From: a virus
IMG/VR virus record: IMGVR_UViG_3300014565_000223
Strand: one strand, 5' to 3'
DNA length: 64,000 nt
Each line of letters begins with the position of its first letter. Position 1 is the stretch's first letter. Shown one piece after another: positions 28,324 through 39,618 of the stretch. A program made the translations under genes and the position numbers. The notes below the pieces were generated by a model that was not told where the DNA came from, did not search any database, and was given only the letters and a program-made list of their open reading frames with translations.

Positions 28324-29472
28324 ATGGGATACGGAAAAAAGAATACAATTAAAATTGATCCTTTATCATATAATATTGGACTTATTGGGGAAAGTGGTAT
28401 CGGAAAAACAACAATTATTAAAGAGATGTGCGAGAAACTTGTAGGTGAAGATGGATATCGTTTTCTTGAGTGTGGTAAAGAAGATGGCGCTGACGGTATT
28501 AATGGAATCAACTATTTGAATTGTCCGGAATGGTCAATGGATTATGATGAAGAAACAAACAGTATTGGATTTGAAGATTTTGTGGATGATGTCGTTGAGA
28601 ATAAATCCACAGAATATCCTGATCTAAAGACAGTTGTTATTGATACATATGATCAGCTTGTAGAAATTGCAAAGCCAGAAGTTATTCGTATGCATAATGC
28701 GGAGAATCCTGAGAAACCGGTAAAATCTATTAAAGCAGCTTTTGGTGGTTATATGGCCGGAGAGGATAAGGCAACAGAAATTGTTCTGAATAAGTTATGG
28801 GAACTGAAATCGGTTGGTGTTCATTTCATTATTATTGGACACGTTAAGCAGCGTACACAAGACGATGTAACAACAGGACAGACATATACTTCTCTAACAA
28901 CTAATATGTCAATGAGAGATTTTAATGCAATTAAAACAAAATTACATTTTCTTGGTGTTGCTTCTATTGATAGAGAAATCGTGCAGGAAAAGACTGGCAA
29001 GACTAAAAAGGAAGGTAAAAAAGATGTAGATATTATGAAAGGTGTAATTACAAGCGAAAGCCGTAAAATTACATTCCGTGATGATTCTTATTCTATCGAT
29101 TCTAAATCAAGATTTGCTGACATTGTTCCGGAAATTGAATTTAGTTCAGATGCATTAATCAAGGCTCTTACAGATGCTATCAAAGCCGAAGCATCTAAAG
29201 GGAGTAAATCTGTTGATGAATTAAAGAAAGAACAGGATTCAGCTGCAGAAAAAAGAGCTGAAAAGATTGCGGAAGCTGAGGCAGAAGCTAAAATACAGAA
29301 AGAACTTAGTGAAATCACAGAAAAGATTAAGGCGTTCTGTATTGCTAATAAAGGTAAAACAGCAAAATTAAAACCACTTGTAGCTGCAGCTAAAGAAATG
29401 GGTTATGACAATCCGATGAAAGTAACAAATATTGATGACGCAAAAAAGATTCTTGAACTTACTGTTGCGTAA
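28324..29472 (+). CDS. RecA-fold P-loop ATPase (Sak4-like / AAA family)
   Basis: Walker A GESGIGKTT, Walker B VVIDTYD. Confidence 0.5.
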   Translation: MGYGKKNTIKIDPLSYNIGLIGESGIGKTTIIKEMCEKLVGEDGYRFLECGKEDGADGINGINYLNCPEWSMDYDEETNSIGFEDFVDDVVENKSTEYPDLKTVVIDTYDQLVEIAKPEVIRMHNAENPEKPVKSIKAAFGGYMAGEDKATEIVLNKLWELKSVGVHFIIIGHVKQRTQDDVTTGQTYTSLTTNMSMRDFNAIKTKLHFLGVASIDREIVQEKTGKTKKEGKKDVDIMKGVITSESRKITFRDDSYSIDSKSRFADIVPEIEFSSDALIKALTDAIKAEASKGSKSVDELKKEQDSAAEKRAEKIAEAEAEAKIQKELSEITEKIKAFCIANKGKTAKLKPLVAAAKEMGYDNPMKVTNIDDAKKILELTVA

Positions 29473-29482
29473 ATAAATATTG

Positions 29483-29510
29483 ATCCCAGGGCTTTTGCCT
29501 TGGGATTTCT
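29483..29510 (+). terminator. rho-independent terminator candidate
   Basis: 9-bp stem ATCCCAGGG / CCTTGGGAT with loop CTTTTG, then TTCT. Confidence 0.5.
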
Positions 29511-29523
29511 AAGGAGAATAACA

Positions 29524-29994
29524 TTGAGTAAGGAAAATAAAAAGGACACAACTGGTTGGAAAAATGAAGACTTCTTACAAATGTGTAATTGGGTTGAAAG
29601 AGAATTGATGGGGTATTCTGGGACGCAGCGTTTGCATAAGAACGCATGTCTAAGATTGCAGGGGCTAAGAAAAGGACAAAGTATGGCAAATAATTCTCAT
29701 GAAATGTATGGAGAATATCCTATTGATGTTATTTTTAATACTTTTAAAGCGAACAAATATGTCATTTTAAAAGCAATAAAAGGGAAAACATTTAACAGCG
29801 AAGATCAGAAAATGGCTTACATTTGTGCTATTGTAAGCAGTCGAATTAATGATATGTACACCAGAATGAAAAATGCAAAGAAAAGCGAAGAGAAATCTGA
29901 AAAGATTGATATAGGAGCGCAAAATAGTGAAGCCGCTAAATATCAACGTCAGACGGAAGAGGTCGTAAATTCTACATTCGAGGGGATTTGGTAA
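29524..29994 (+). CDS. hypothetical protein
   Basis: Start uncertain: TTG 29524 after the AAGGAGAAT RBS, or an ATG further downstream. Track start 29500 lies inside the terminator hairpin. Confidence 0.35.
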   Translation: MSKENKKDTTGWKNEDFLQMCNWVERELMGYSGTQRLHKNACLRLQGLRKGQSMANNSHEMYGEYPIDVIFNTFKANKYVILKAIKGKTFNSEDQKMAYICAIVSSRINDMYTRMKNAKKSEEKSEKIDIGAQNSEAAKYQRQTEEVVNSTFEGIW

Positions 29995-31518
29995 TTGACA
30001 TCTATCACTACTAAGACGAAAGATCGCAGTAGTGCGAAAACAATGTCCCCTTTTGAAAAGGAATGTATTGAGACTATTAAAAAGGTAAATGAATATAAGT
30101 TAATTGCAGAAGCAAATGCAGTATCTTCTATTTACAAGAACCCGGATTTAGTCAGAGACACTTCTTTGAAACTGGAAGATATAACAAATAATGCTTGGAG
30201 AGTATATTTTTCAATTGCGAACGATATCATCAATGTAGAACAAAAAAATACATTAGATGAAATTACAATCAATATGTATCTATCGAAACATTCAAAATTA
30301 AGTAAGAAATACGATGAATATGGTGGATATGGGAAGATTGAAAGTTCATTTACATACATCGAAGAGGCTAATTTCGATTCTTATGTGAATGAGGTAAAAA
30401 AGTGGAATGCTGTAATGAAATTAGCCCGAATGGGCTTTCCTGTAAAAGAAAAGTTAAGTAAATATGTCGATGCTAAAGCTGAAGATATATATAACGAACT
30501 TGAGGCACTTTTGAATCACACATTTATTAATGTGGAATCTGAAGTTAAAACTTATAATGCCTGCGACGGATTATTTGATTTGATTGATAAATTAAATGCT
30601 GGAAGTCAGGTAGGAATGCCACTTAAACATTGTGATATTTTGAACAGAGAAATTGGCGGCATTAATTTTAATGGAAACATTTATGGTCTAGGTGCCAATT
30701 CAGGTGTTGGAAAATCAACAACAGCAATCAACTATTTAATGCCTTCAGTGTTAGAACATAATGAAAAAATGGTCATTATGATTAATGAAGAAGATCAGGA
30801 CAAAGTAAAGAAAGAGTTACTTGTCTGGGTTGCAAATAATTTATATAGTGCTGGACTACATAAATATATTTTACGTGATGGCCATTTTAGTAAAGATGTT
30901 TTAGATAAGCTTCGTAAGGCAGCAAAATATCTTGAAGAGTTAAAAGAACGCAGAAATATTACAATCGTTCCTTTTGAAAAATATACCGTCAAAGCAGCAA
31001 TCAAAGTAATAAAAAAATACTCTAGCATGGGAGTAAGGCTATTTGTTCTGGATACATTAAAAGAATCATCTGATTCAAGAGACACAGAAACATGGAAATC
31101 TATGGAACGAGATATGGTTGATCTTTACGATGTTGTGAAACCAGCTGCTAAAAATGTAGCATTATTTGTTACATATCAGTTAGGGAAAGCTTCAGTAAAG
31201 ATGAGGTATCTTACAAATAATGAAATTGGACAAGCAAAGAATATATTGGATGTATTTAGTGTGAATTTAATGATGCGTAAACCATTTGAAGATGAGTTTC
31301 CTGGTGGTTCACATGAGATTAAAGCTTATAAGTTGGCTGGGAAAAATAATTCCTCAAAGATTCCATATCATTTGGATCCGGATAAACATTATATGATCAC
31401 ATTTATTACTAAAAATAGATTTGGGGCTACAGACCAATTCCAGATAATCTCAGAGTATGATTTGAGTACAAATATGCACAAAGATGTTGCTATTTGTAAT
31501 ATAGCACAAGATTTTTAA
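29995..31518 (+). CDS. replicative DNA helicase (DnaB / gp4-like)
   Basis: C-terminal RecA-like domain: Walker A GANSGVGKST, Walker B LFVLDTL. N-terminal helical domain. The start codon is TTG. Confidence 0.7.
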   Translation: MTSITTKTKDRSSAKTMSPFEKECIETIKKVNEYKLIAEANAVSSIYKNPDLVRDTSLKLEDITNNAWRVYFSIANDIINVEQKNTLDEITINMYLSKHSKLSKKYDEYGGYGKIESSFTYIEEANFDSYVNEVKKWNAVMKLARMGFPVKEKLSKYVDAKAEDIYNELEALLNHTFINVESEVKTYNACDGLFDLIDKLNAGSQVGMPLKHCDILNREIGGINFNGNIYGLGANSGVGKSTTAINYLMPSVLEHNEKMVIMINEEDQDKVKKELLVWVANNLYSAGLHKYILRDGHFSKDVLDKLRKAAKYLEELKERRNITIVPFEKYTVKAAIKVIKKYSSMGVRLFVLDTLKESSDSRDTETWKSMERDMVDLYDVVKPAAKNVALFVTYQLGKASVKMRYLTNNEIGQAKNILDVFSVNLMMRKPFEDEFPGGSHEIKAYKLAGKNNSSKIPYHLDPDKHYMITFITKNRFGATDQFQIISEYDLSTNMHKDVAICNIAQDF

Positions 31519-31531
31519 GCGGAGAGTAAAT

Positions 31532-32611
31532 ATGACTGCATTAGAGATTAAGGAATACATTCAAAAAAATGGAAAAATACCTTATGTTTTAGAAAGCATT
31601 GGGTGTAGCAATATAGTATATCATGATAACAAGGATTATTATAGCTGCTCTAATGCGGTGGGTGGTGACTGTAACAATCCAGCCGCCATCAATATAAGAA
31701 ATAATAAATATCTGAATTATCGAAATTATACCAGAGGAGTTGAATATGACGATGGTGAGGATTTAATTTCTTTAGTTCAGTATAATAAAAATATTGATTT
31801 TGCAAATGCAATGAAATATCTTCATAAACTTTTAGGATTGAAAAATTTATACAAAGGAAAAGAGGAGAAGAAAAAGCCGGATGATTCCTGGTTCGTGTTC
31901 TCAAGATTTGTGGTTAAGCGTAGGAAATGTATCGTAAATGACTTTGATCCTATGAGTGAAGATATTTTAAATGATTTTGTTCCATATATTCATATTGATT
32001 TATTTCGCGAAGGGATTGTAAAACGAACAATTAAAAAATTTGGACTTGGATATTCGTATAGATGGAGGAGAACAATATTTCCAATTAGATATTGGCTAGA
32101 TGGAACTCTGATGGGATATAATGCCAGAAGTTCCATCGAAAATTGTTCTGAATTTGGAATATCAAAGTACTTTATAACACCTGGGATGCGAAAAGAAATT
32201 AATATATATGGATTGTGGGAAAATTATAAAGATATTCAGAAAGCAGGATATATTGTTATATTCGAGGCCGAGAAATCTGTTCTTAAAAGAGATAGCAGAA
32301 TGGATCCAACCGGCGGTGCAATTGAAGGCCATGTACTTTCAGATGAGCAGGTGCGAATTATACTTGGTACCGGAGTAGAAGAAGTTATTATCGCGATGGA
32401 TAATGATGTTCCAATAGAAGAGGTCTGGAATATGTGTGAGAAGTTTTACGGATTACGTAAAGTCAGCTACATTCGTGATAAATGGAAACTGCTTGGCCCA
32501 AAGGACTCACCTGCAGATGCGCCAAATAAAATATACAATTTTCTGTTTAAATGGAGAATTCCTTATGATGAAAGTAAACACAGAGAATATTTAAAGAGTT
32601 TGAAAAAATAG
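31532..32611 (+). CDS. DNA primase (TOPRIM domain)
   Basis: TOPRIM Glu IVIFEAEKS and DxD IAMDNDVP; N-terminal Cys cluster. Confidence 0.6.
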   Translation: MTALEIKEYIQKNGKIPYVLESIGCSNIVYHDNKDYYSCSNAVGGDCNNPAAINIRNNKYLNYRNYTRGVEYDDGEDLISLVQYNKNIDFANAMKYLHKLLGLKNLYKGKEEKKKPDDSWFVFSRFVVKRRKCIVNDFDPMSEDILNDFVPYIHIDLFREGIVKRTIKKFGLGYSYRWRRTIFPIRYWLDGTLMGYNARSSIENCSEFGISKYFITPGMRKEINIYGLWENYKDIQKAGYIVIFEAEKSVLKRDSRMDPTGGAIEGHVLSDEQVRIILGTGVEEVIIAMDNDVPIEEVWNMCEKFYGLRKVSYIRDKWKLLGPKDSPADAPNKIYNFLFKWRIPYDESKHREYLKSLKK

Positions 32612-33793
32612 TTGAGATTAAGCTATGAAGAACTGCAGAAGATGTGCGAGGCACTTGGAGTCGATAGACTCAATTCATGGAGCCGTGTAAACTGCGTACA
32701 CAATGGTCTCTATGAGTATTTTTTGAAGTATGTATTACATAAAAAAGAGGATCGTGATGATTCTATTTATAAAGTAACTGGCGGTATTAGTCATGATATT
32801 ATAGAGCGATTTTATACTGAAGAATTAGCTTATGAAAAAATGGCTGAAGAGTTTGATGAAGGATGGATGATGGCATTTGATATTGCTGATCTAAAATTTG
32901 TTCGTGGAGATGGTGCCAGAAACAATAGTATTGCAACTAAGTATTATTATGATTTGAAAAATTTCTTTGAGACACACGAGAAGATTACTGATCATATTGA
33001 TATTGAAAAGTTTGTAACCGTAAAAGTTGGTGATGAATATTACCAGGGGTATATTGACGCTCTGGTGACAGATGAAAATGGTAATTATACTATATTAGAT
33101 TGGAAGACAAGCAGCATATATAAGGGAGATAAAGCGAAAAATGAATGTGGGCAGTTGGTAATGTACTCTTTGGCTTTACATCAGATGGGAATTCCGTTTG
33201 AAAAAATCAAAATTGCATGGAATTTCCTTAAATATCAGTGTGTAACTGTTCAATCTAAAAAAGGTGTAAAGAAAGTAAGAGAAATCGAACGCTTTGAGCT
33301 TGGGGAGAAGCTACAGGCAAATGCAAAGATGTGGTTAAAAGAATTCGGATATGAAGAAAACATGTTGGAGTATCTGGATAAATTAGCTCAAACAAATGAT
33401 ATTACCTGTCTTCCACCGGAAGTACAGGAGAAATATGAATTGCATGATTGTTATGTATATGTTGACTTGACTCCGGAGTTGATTCAGTATTGGGAAAATT
33501 TTATTATCAATACTATGAAAATGATTCGTGATAAAGAAGCTACATATGCGGAACTAAAGGCAGCAGGAAAATATGATGAAGCAGATAAACTTTGGTGGGA
33601 AGATGAAGAGAGTCTAAAAAAGCAAAGTTATTATCTTACGAATTTGTGTGGTTATTCCACTAAACTTTATAAACCGTTAAAAGCTTATCTTGATGCTCAA
33701 GATGCAAAGAAAAATGGAGATATTTTGGGTACGAAAAATAAGCAGGATGAAGAATACGACATTGACAATTTAGATTGGCTTAACGATTTATAA
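32612..33793 (+). CDS. PD-(D/E)XK family nuclease (RecB/Cas4-like fold)
   Basis: GYIDAL...ILDWKTS fits the D-x(n)-(D/E)xK motif. The start codon is TTG. Confidence 0.55.
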   Translation: MRLSYEELQKMCEALGVDRLNSWSRVNCVHNGLYEYFLKYVLHKKEDRDDSIYKVTGGISHDIIERFYTEELAYEKMAEEFDEGWMMAFDIADLKFVRGDGARNNSIATKYYYDLKNFFETHEKITDHIDIEKFVTVKVGDEYYQGYIDALVTDENGNYTILDWKTSSIYKGDKAKNECGQLVMYSLALHQMGIPFEKIKIAWNFLKYQCVTVQSKKGVKKVREIERFELGEKLQANAKMWLKEFGYEENMLEYLDKLAQTNDITCLPPEVQEKYELHDCYVYVDLTPELIQYWENFIINTMKMIRDKEATYAELKAAGKYDEADKLWWEDEESLKKQSYYLTNLCGYSTKLYKPLKAYLDAQDAKKNGDILGTKNKQDEEYDIDNLDWLNDL

Positions 33794-33802
33794 GGAGATA
33801 AA

Positions 33803-36800
33803 ATGGGACAGTATACTATTTATCATTGCCACTCAAACCGTTCTCTTCTTGATAGTTGTACTGGTTATAAAGAATATGCAGACCGTGTATCGGAGCTAGG
33901 GTATAAAGCCTTAGCTCTGACGGAACATGGTAATGCCTACAATTGGGTTGAAAAAAAGATGTATATCAATTCAAAAGGATTAAAATACATACACGGAGTT
34001 GAGTGTTATTTAACAGCTTCACTAGGAGAGAAGGTAAGGGACAATTATCATACAATTCTTTTGGCTAAGAACTATGAAGGTGTAAAAGAAATCAATCTTT
34101 TGATTGATAAATCTACACAACCGGATCATAGATATTATAAACCACGTATTACATTTGAAGAATTTTTTAATATTTCAGATAATGTAATCAAGATTTCTGC
34201 TTGTTTGGCATCACCTTTGAATAAATACCCAAAGGATGTCCAAAAGCAAATAGCGGAAAAGTCTGCAGTATTAAAGCAGGAACTGGCAAATAAAGTAGCT
34301 GAACTTGAAAAGCAAAAAAGTGATCAAAAAGCCATGATAAAGTGGTTCAAACAGTTTGATGACTTTGAAGAAGAGGAGTTACCGTGGGTAATAAACGGAT
34401 GTATTCCGGGGGATTCATATTTGCATTATATCGAAGCTCAAATTGATAAGTTGAAGCAATATTATGATAATCTGCTTGAAGAAGTTCAGCTTATGAATGT
34501 GACAGCGAGAGAGACTTTTTATAAGTTACTGGAAACATATGATTACTATGAAATTCAGCCGCATGATTTTCCAGAGCAGAAACGATATAACGAATTTTTA
34601 TATGCTGCATCAAAACAAACAGGGAAACCTTTAATCGCCGGAACAGATACACATAGCATTGATTATTATAAAGCTGAATGCAGAAGCATTTTACAGAAAG
34701 CAAAACGTATCGAATATGCTGATGAAGATAAATTTGATCTGACATTAAAGACTTACGAAGAGTTGGTTGAAATGTTTCGTGTTCAGAATTGCGATATTCC
34801 ATTTGATGTGATTCTGCAAGCAATAGAAAATACAAATGTGATGGCCGATTCTGTTACTGATTTCAAACTTGATACTTCTGTAAAATATCCAAAATTATAC
34901 GATAATGAAGAGGAAGTATTAAAGAAAAGAATTTTTGATAAATTGCATGAGAAAATTGATGCAGGAATTATCAAAAAGAAAAAAATTCCAGAATACGTGA
35001 AGCGTATCAAAGAGGAAATGCGTGTATTTAAAAAGATTAATATGATTGGATTTATGCTCTTTATGTCCGAACTGGTATGTTGGTGTTGGGAAAATGGTAT
35101 ACCAGTTGGGCCATGTAGAGGATCTGTAGGTGGTTCTACTGTTGCATACATAACAGATATCATTGATGTTGATCCAGTTATATGGAATACAATTTTCTCA
35201 CGATTTGCAAATGAAGATCGTGAAGAGGTTGGAGATATTGATCTTGATATTTCACCAGATCAGCGAGAATTAGTTTACAATCACATCATTGAGTCATTTG
35301 GATATGATAAGACAGCATATATTCTTGCTATCGGAACTGTGTCTGATAAAGGCACTATTGATGAAATCGGGCGCGCTTTAGATATTCCACTTGATGAGGT
35401 TGCACATATTAAGGAAATGTATAGTGCCTATAAAGATACAATTGAATCAACCGGAAAAAGAATTAAAGAAATCGAAGATATGATTCATTTCGATGAAATT
35501 AAACAGGCAGATAAAGAATCAGAATATTATGGCCTACGTCGTGATTATGAAAATAAAATAACTGAGCGTGACAAGGCTATAAAGCAAATGAATGATCTGA
35601 AAGATAATCAGTACAGGAAATTGTTCTATTATTTTGATGGAATTAATGGCACTCCGGTTTCTCAGTCAATTCATCCGGCAGGCATTGTAGTTTCTCCGGT
35701 AACACTTCCAGACAACTATGGAACGTTTTGGAATGATGGAAAACGTATTATGTGTATTAATATGGAAGAAATTCATGACGGAGCCGGTCTTGTTAAATAC
35801 GATTTACTTGGCCTAAAGAATCTGGAAATTATTCGAAAGTGCTATGAATATGCCGGACTTCCATATCCAAAATCACATCAGATTAACTGGAATGATAAGA
35901 AGGTATGGAATGATATTGTTCTTTGTCCTGCTGGTGTATTTCAGTTCGAATCGCCATACGCATATGAAATGCTCAAGAATTACGGCCCACAATGTATCAA
36001 CGATTTATCAATGATAAATGCGTCACTAAGACCATCTGGGGCTTCATATCGAGATAGGCTGCTGGCAGGTGAGACAAATAAAAATCCATCACCACTTATT
36101 GATGAATTGCTGAAAGATAATAGAGGATTTCTTATTTTTCAGGAGGACACCATTAAGTTTCTTCAAAATATATGCGGGTTAAGTGGGTCTGCTGCTGATA
36201 ACGTTCGACGAGCAATCGGACGTAAACAGATGGATCGACTGCAGAAAGCTTTGCCTGATATTTTGAATGGGTATTGTAAAATGTCTTCTCAGCCAAGAGA
36301 AATAGCAGAGAAGGAAGCAAGGGCGTTCTTACAGATTATTGAGGATAGTGCAAATTATCAATTTGGGTATAACCATTCAACAGGATATTCTATGATTGGT
36401 TATATGTGTGCATTCTGCCGGTATTATTATCCAGAAGAATTTATCGCTGCATATCTAAACTGTGCAAACAATACAGACGATATTCTGATGGGGACTGAAT
36501 TGGCGAAGATAAAGAACATTGAAATAAAAAATATCAAGTTCCGAAAATCCGGTGCCGAATATACCGTAGATAAAGCGAATCATGCATTATATAAGGGTAT
36601 TGCATCAATTAAATTCTGTAATGCTCAAATAGCAGATGATCTTCTTGAATTAGCAACGAATCGATATAACAATTTTACAGAAGTTCTGGCAGATGTAAAT
36701 ACAAAAACATCTGTAAATTCCAGACAGCTAACGATTCTTATTGGATTAAATTATTTCGAGGAGTTTGGAAAAAATCAGTATTTGATGCAAGTATCCGAGA

Positions 36801-37312
36801 TCTACGACAAATTTGCTTTATGTAAGATTATCAGTAAAAAAAAGATGGAAAGTCTTGGCTTGACAGAGTATCTGATGAAGAAATATGCCGGGAAAGAGAC
36901 TGCTTCTCAATATAGGGATTTGGATAATACAGGGCTTATAGCTGAGTTATCTAGTCGTTTAGAAAATAAAGCAATGTCTGTCATTGATCAGGTAAAATTC
37001 GAAAAGGAATATCTTCAGTATGTTGTATATGTAAATCCAAAAGTAAATCAATGTTTTTACGTCGTGACAGATTATAAAACATTCAAGGAAGTCAGAAAAC
37101 CATATTGTGTATTACATAATATTAAAACCGGAGAGGATGTAAAAGCAAGAGTAACCAGTATAAAAGTATATCAGGATAATCCATTTGGTGAATTTTCTAT
37201 TTTGAAAGTTCCACACTTTACAAAGAAAAAGAAGAAAAAATGTGTGAATGGAACATGGCAGGAAACAGATGAACTTGAAAATATACTTGATGAATATGAA
37301 GTAATTAAATAG
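33803..37312 (+). CDS. dnaE: DNA polymerase III alpha subunit (DnaE-type, N-terminal PHP domain)
   Basis: N-terminal PHP (HCHSNRSLLDS, LTEHGN), palm-region GDIDLD, HhH and OB regions. 1169 aa; TAAGGAGATAAAATG RBS. Confidence 0.85.
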   Translation: MGQYTIYHCHSNRSLLDSCTGYKEYADRVSELGYKALALTEHGNAYNWVEKKMYINSKGLKYIHGVECYLTASLGEKVRDNYHTILLAKNYEGVKEINLLIDKSTQPDHRYYKPRITFEEFFNISDNVIKISACLASPLNKYPKDVQKQIAEKSAVLKQELANKVAELEKQKSDQKAMIKWFKQFDDFEEEELPWVINGCIPGDSYLHYIEAQIDKLKQYYDNLLEEVQLMNVTARETFYKLLETYDYYEIQPHDFPEQKRYNEFLYAASKQTGKPLIAGTDTHSIDYYKAECRSILQKAKRIEYADEDKFDLTLKTYEELVEMFRVQNCDIPFDVILQAIENTNVMADSVTDFKLDTSVKYPKLYDNEEEVLKKRIFDKLHEKIDAGIIKKKKIPEYVKRIKEEMRVFKKINMIGFMLFMSELVCWCWENGIPVGPCRGSVGGSTVAYITDIIDVDPVIWNTIFSRFANEDREEVGDIDLDISPDQRELVYNHIIESFGYDKTAYILAIGTVSDKGTIDEIGRALDIPLDEVAHIKEMYSAYKDTIESTGKRIKEIEDMIHFDEIKQADKESEYYGLRRDYENKITERDKAIKQMNDLKDNQYRKLFYYFDGINGTPVSQSIHPAGIVVSPVTLPDNYGTFWNDGKRIMCINMEEIHDGAGLVKYDLLGLKNLEIIRKCYEYAGLPYPKSHQINWNDKKVWNDIVLCPAGVFQFESPYAYEMLKNYGPQCINDLSMINASLRPSGASYRDRLLAGETNKNPSPLIDELLKDNRGFLIFQEDTIKFLQNICGLSGSAADNVRRAIGRKQMDRLQKALPDILNGYCKMSSQPREIAEKEARAFLQIIEDSANYQFGYNHSTGYSMIGYMCAFCRYYYPEEFIAAYLNCANNTDDILMGTELAKIKNIEIKNIKFRKSGAEYTVDKANHALYKGIASIKFCNAQIADDLLELATNRYNNFTEVLADVNTKTSVNSRQLTILIGLNYFEEFGKNQYLMQVSEIYDKFALCKIISKKKMESLGLTEYLMKKYAGKETASQYRDLDNTGLIAELSSRLENKAMSVIDQVKFEKEYLQYVVYVNPKVNQCFYVVTDYKTFKEVRKPYCVLHNIKTGEDVKARVTSIKVYQDNPFGEFSILKVPHFTKKKKKKCVNGTWQETDELENILDEYEVIK

Positions 37313-37320
37313 GTGTGAAT

Positions 37321-39618
37321 ATGAGTAAAAAAGAAGTGAAATTTAATTGTAAAATCGTAAAGTGTATGTATAATTCGGAGAATTACAAGATTTATGCTAC
37401 AGATGTAGATAAAAAAGAGTTCCCCAATATTAAACATAACAAATATGATAATGTCACCATTTATGGAGATGTACATAATTTAGTAGTTTCACAGTCGTAT
37501 GAAATTACGGCTGTGGAACAGCTCGATAAATATGGTTTTGGATATGATATTGTAAATGTGAGAATGGATAAGCCTAAAAATGAAGAAGAAGTTTATATGT
37601 TCTTAAGAGAAATTTTAACTGAGAACCAGGCAGGAGTACTTTGGCAGCATTATCCAGATATTATTGATATTGTGTTAAGGGGAGAAGCTGACACTGTTGA
37701 TCTTGATAAATTAAAAGGTATCGGAGAAAAAACATTTGAAACTATTAAAACAAAAATAGTTGAGAATTATTGTATCTATGATTTAGTAATTGAATTTGGT
37801 GGAATTCTCACAATGTCAATGTTAAAGAAATTATATGATGAATTTAAATCAATCCATAAAATGAAACAAGAATTAAGGAAGCAACCATATAAATCTTTGA
37901 CAAAAATATCTGGGGTAGGTTTTATTAAGGCAGATAGTATTCTCTTAGAATTGCAGAGACTCGGCAAGATCAATTTTCCGTTTGAATTAAAATCATCTGC
38001 GCAAAGATGTGCAGCATGTATGGAATATTATTTGGAAGAGAATCAAAAAGAGGGAAATACTAAAATGGATCTCCGCGATCTCAGAAAACAGGTTGTAAGA
38101 CTTGTTCCTGCTTGTTCATCACATTATGTTGAATGTTTAAAGGATCCAGATATTTATTATAACAAAGATACTTTTGAAGTATCTTTAAAAGCCACACATG
38201 ATACTGAAACTGCTATAGCTGCTATATTATTTGTAGCAAACTTAAAACCTAAAATATGGGATTTTGACTGGAAGAGTTATCAGACGTCGGGAGAGTATCA
38301 TTTAACTGACGAACAAACCAGTGCATTGGAATGTATATGTAACAATAATATTATGATACTGAATGGTTTTGCAGGATCAGGTAAAAGTGCCACTTCCGCA
38401 ATGATCATTAAAATGTTGGAGGATAACAATATTTCATATACTTTAATGGCTCCAACAGGACGCGCTGCAAAAGTGTTGAGTGATTATACCGGTAAGCCAG
38501 CGGCTACAATTCATCGTGGCTTAGGTTATATGCCGAAGAATAGGTGGGGATATGATAGTGAATGCAAACTCCCATTTGATGTTGTTCTTGTAGATGAATT
38601 CTCTATGACAGATATATTTCTGTTCTTACATTTGTGTGACGCAATTGATTTTAGCAGAACGAAACTTATTGTTGTAGGTGATTCAGCGCAGCTTCCATCT
38701 GTTGGACCGGGAAATCTACTTTATGATGTGATCAATTCATTTGTTATACCTACAGTGACTTTGAATCAAATTTTCAGGTATGCTGAGGGTGGGTTAATGA
38801 AAGTTGCTACTGATGTTAGAAATATGAAACCATATTTATATGATTTGAGTAATGGTATGGTAAAATTTGGCAAGGATTATACTTTTATTAATGCTAATAA
38901 TGAACAAGCAGTAAAATGTGCAATTGGATTATATCAGAAGCTTCTTTCTCAATATGTTCCTGAAGATATTCTTGTTCTATCTGCTTTCAATAAAGGTGAT
39001 TGTGGTACTATTGCAATTAATAATGCAGTCCAGAAAATTGCTAATCCAAACTATGGATCAGAAAAATGTATCAAATCTGGAGATACGACATATTACGTGG
39101 GTGATATAGTAATTCAGATCAAAAATAATTATGAAGCAGAAGTAGATATGGGGGATATGGAAATAGAAAATGCTTCTCAAAATGATGAACCTTCTATAGA
39201 TAAAACATTTATTCCTAATGGTATGTTAGGAAAGATTATTGATATTTATGACGAAATTGTTCCATATACAAATGAACATAAGACAGGCGCTATTATTGAT
39301 TTTGATGGTGTCAGAGTAAAATATGAAAAATCAGAAATGTCAATGTTGCTGCTTGGATATGCAATTTCTATTCATAAAAGCCAAGGAGGAAGTGCTAAGG
39401 TGACGATTACACTTACACCATCTTGTCATGCTTATATGATGAATTCTAATTTATTATATGTGGCATTAACACGTACAAAAGAAAAATGCTTTCATATTGG
39501 AGATAAAGACACTGTAAACAGATCCATTAAAAAGAAAGAGAATTTTAAGAGGAACACTTTTTTATTAGATATATTAAAGAAGTTAAAAATTAAATTAAAC
39601 AAAAAGGAGAGCAAATGA
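37321..39618 (+). CDS. RecD-like / SF1 5'-3' DNA helicase
   Basis: Walker A GFAGSGKS, Walker B VLVDEFSM, C-terminal SF1 motifs (SIHKSQGGS). ATG 37321 (track start 37315 is GTG). Confidence 0.8.
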   Translation: MSKKEVKFNCKIVKCMYNSENYKIYATDVDKKEFPNIKHNKYDNVTIYGDVHNLVVSQSYEITAVEQLDKYGFGYDIVNVRMDKPKNEEEVYMFLREILTENQAGVLWQHYPDIIDIVLRGEADTVDLDKLKGIGEKTFETIKTKIVENYCIYDLVIEFGGILTMSMLKKLYDEFKSIHKMKQELRKQPYKSLTKISGVGFIKADSILLELQRLGKINFPFELKSSAQRCAACMEYYLEENQKEGNTKMDLRDLRKQVVRLVPACSSHYVECLKDPDIYYNKDTFEVSLKATHDTETAIAAILFVANLKPKIWDFDWKSYQTSGEYHLTDEQTSALECICNNNIMILNGFAGSGKSATSAMIIKMLEDNNISYTLMAPTGRAAKVLSDYTGKPAATIHRGLGYMPKNRWGYDSECKLPFDVVLVDEFSMTDIFLFLHLCDAIDFSRTKLIVVGDSAQLPSVGPGNLLYDVINSFVIPTVTLNQIFRYAEGGLMKVATDVRNMKPYLYDLSNGMVKFGKDYTFINANNEQAVKCAIGLYQKLLSQYVPEDILVLSAFNKGDCGTIAINNAVQKIANPNYGSEKCIKSGDTTYYVGDIVIQIKNNYEAEVDMGDMEIENASQNDEPSIDKTFIPNGMLGKIIDIYDEIVPYTNEHKTGAIIDFDGVRVKYEKSEMSMLLLGYAISIHKSQGGSAKVTITLTPSCHAYMMNSNLLYVALTRTKEKCFHIGDKDTVNRSIKKKENFKRNTFLLDILKKLKIKLNKKESK

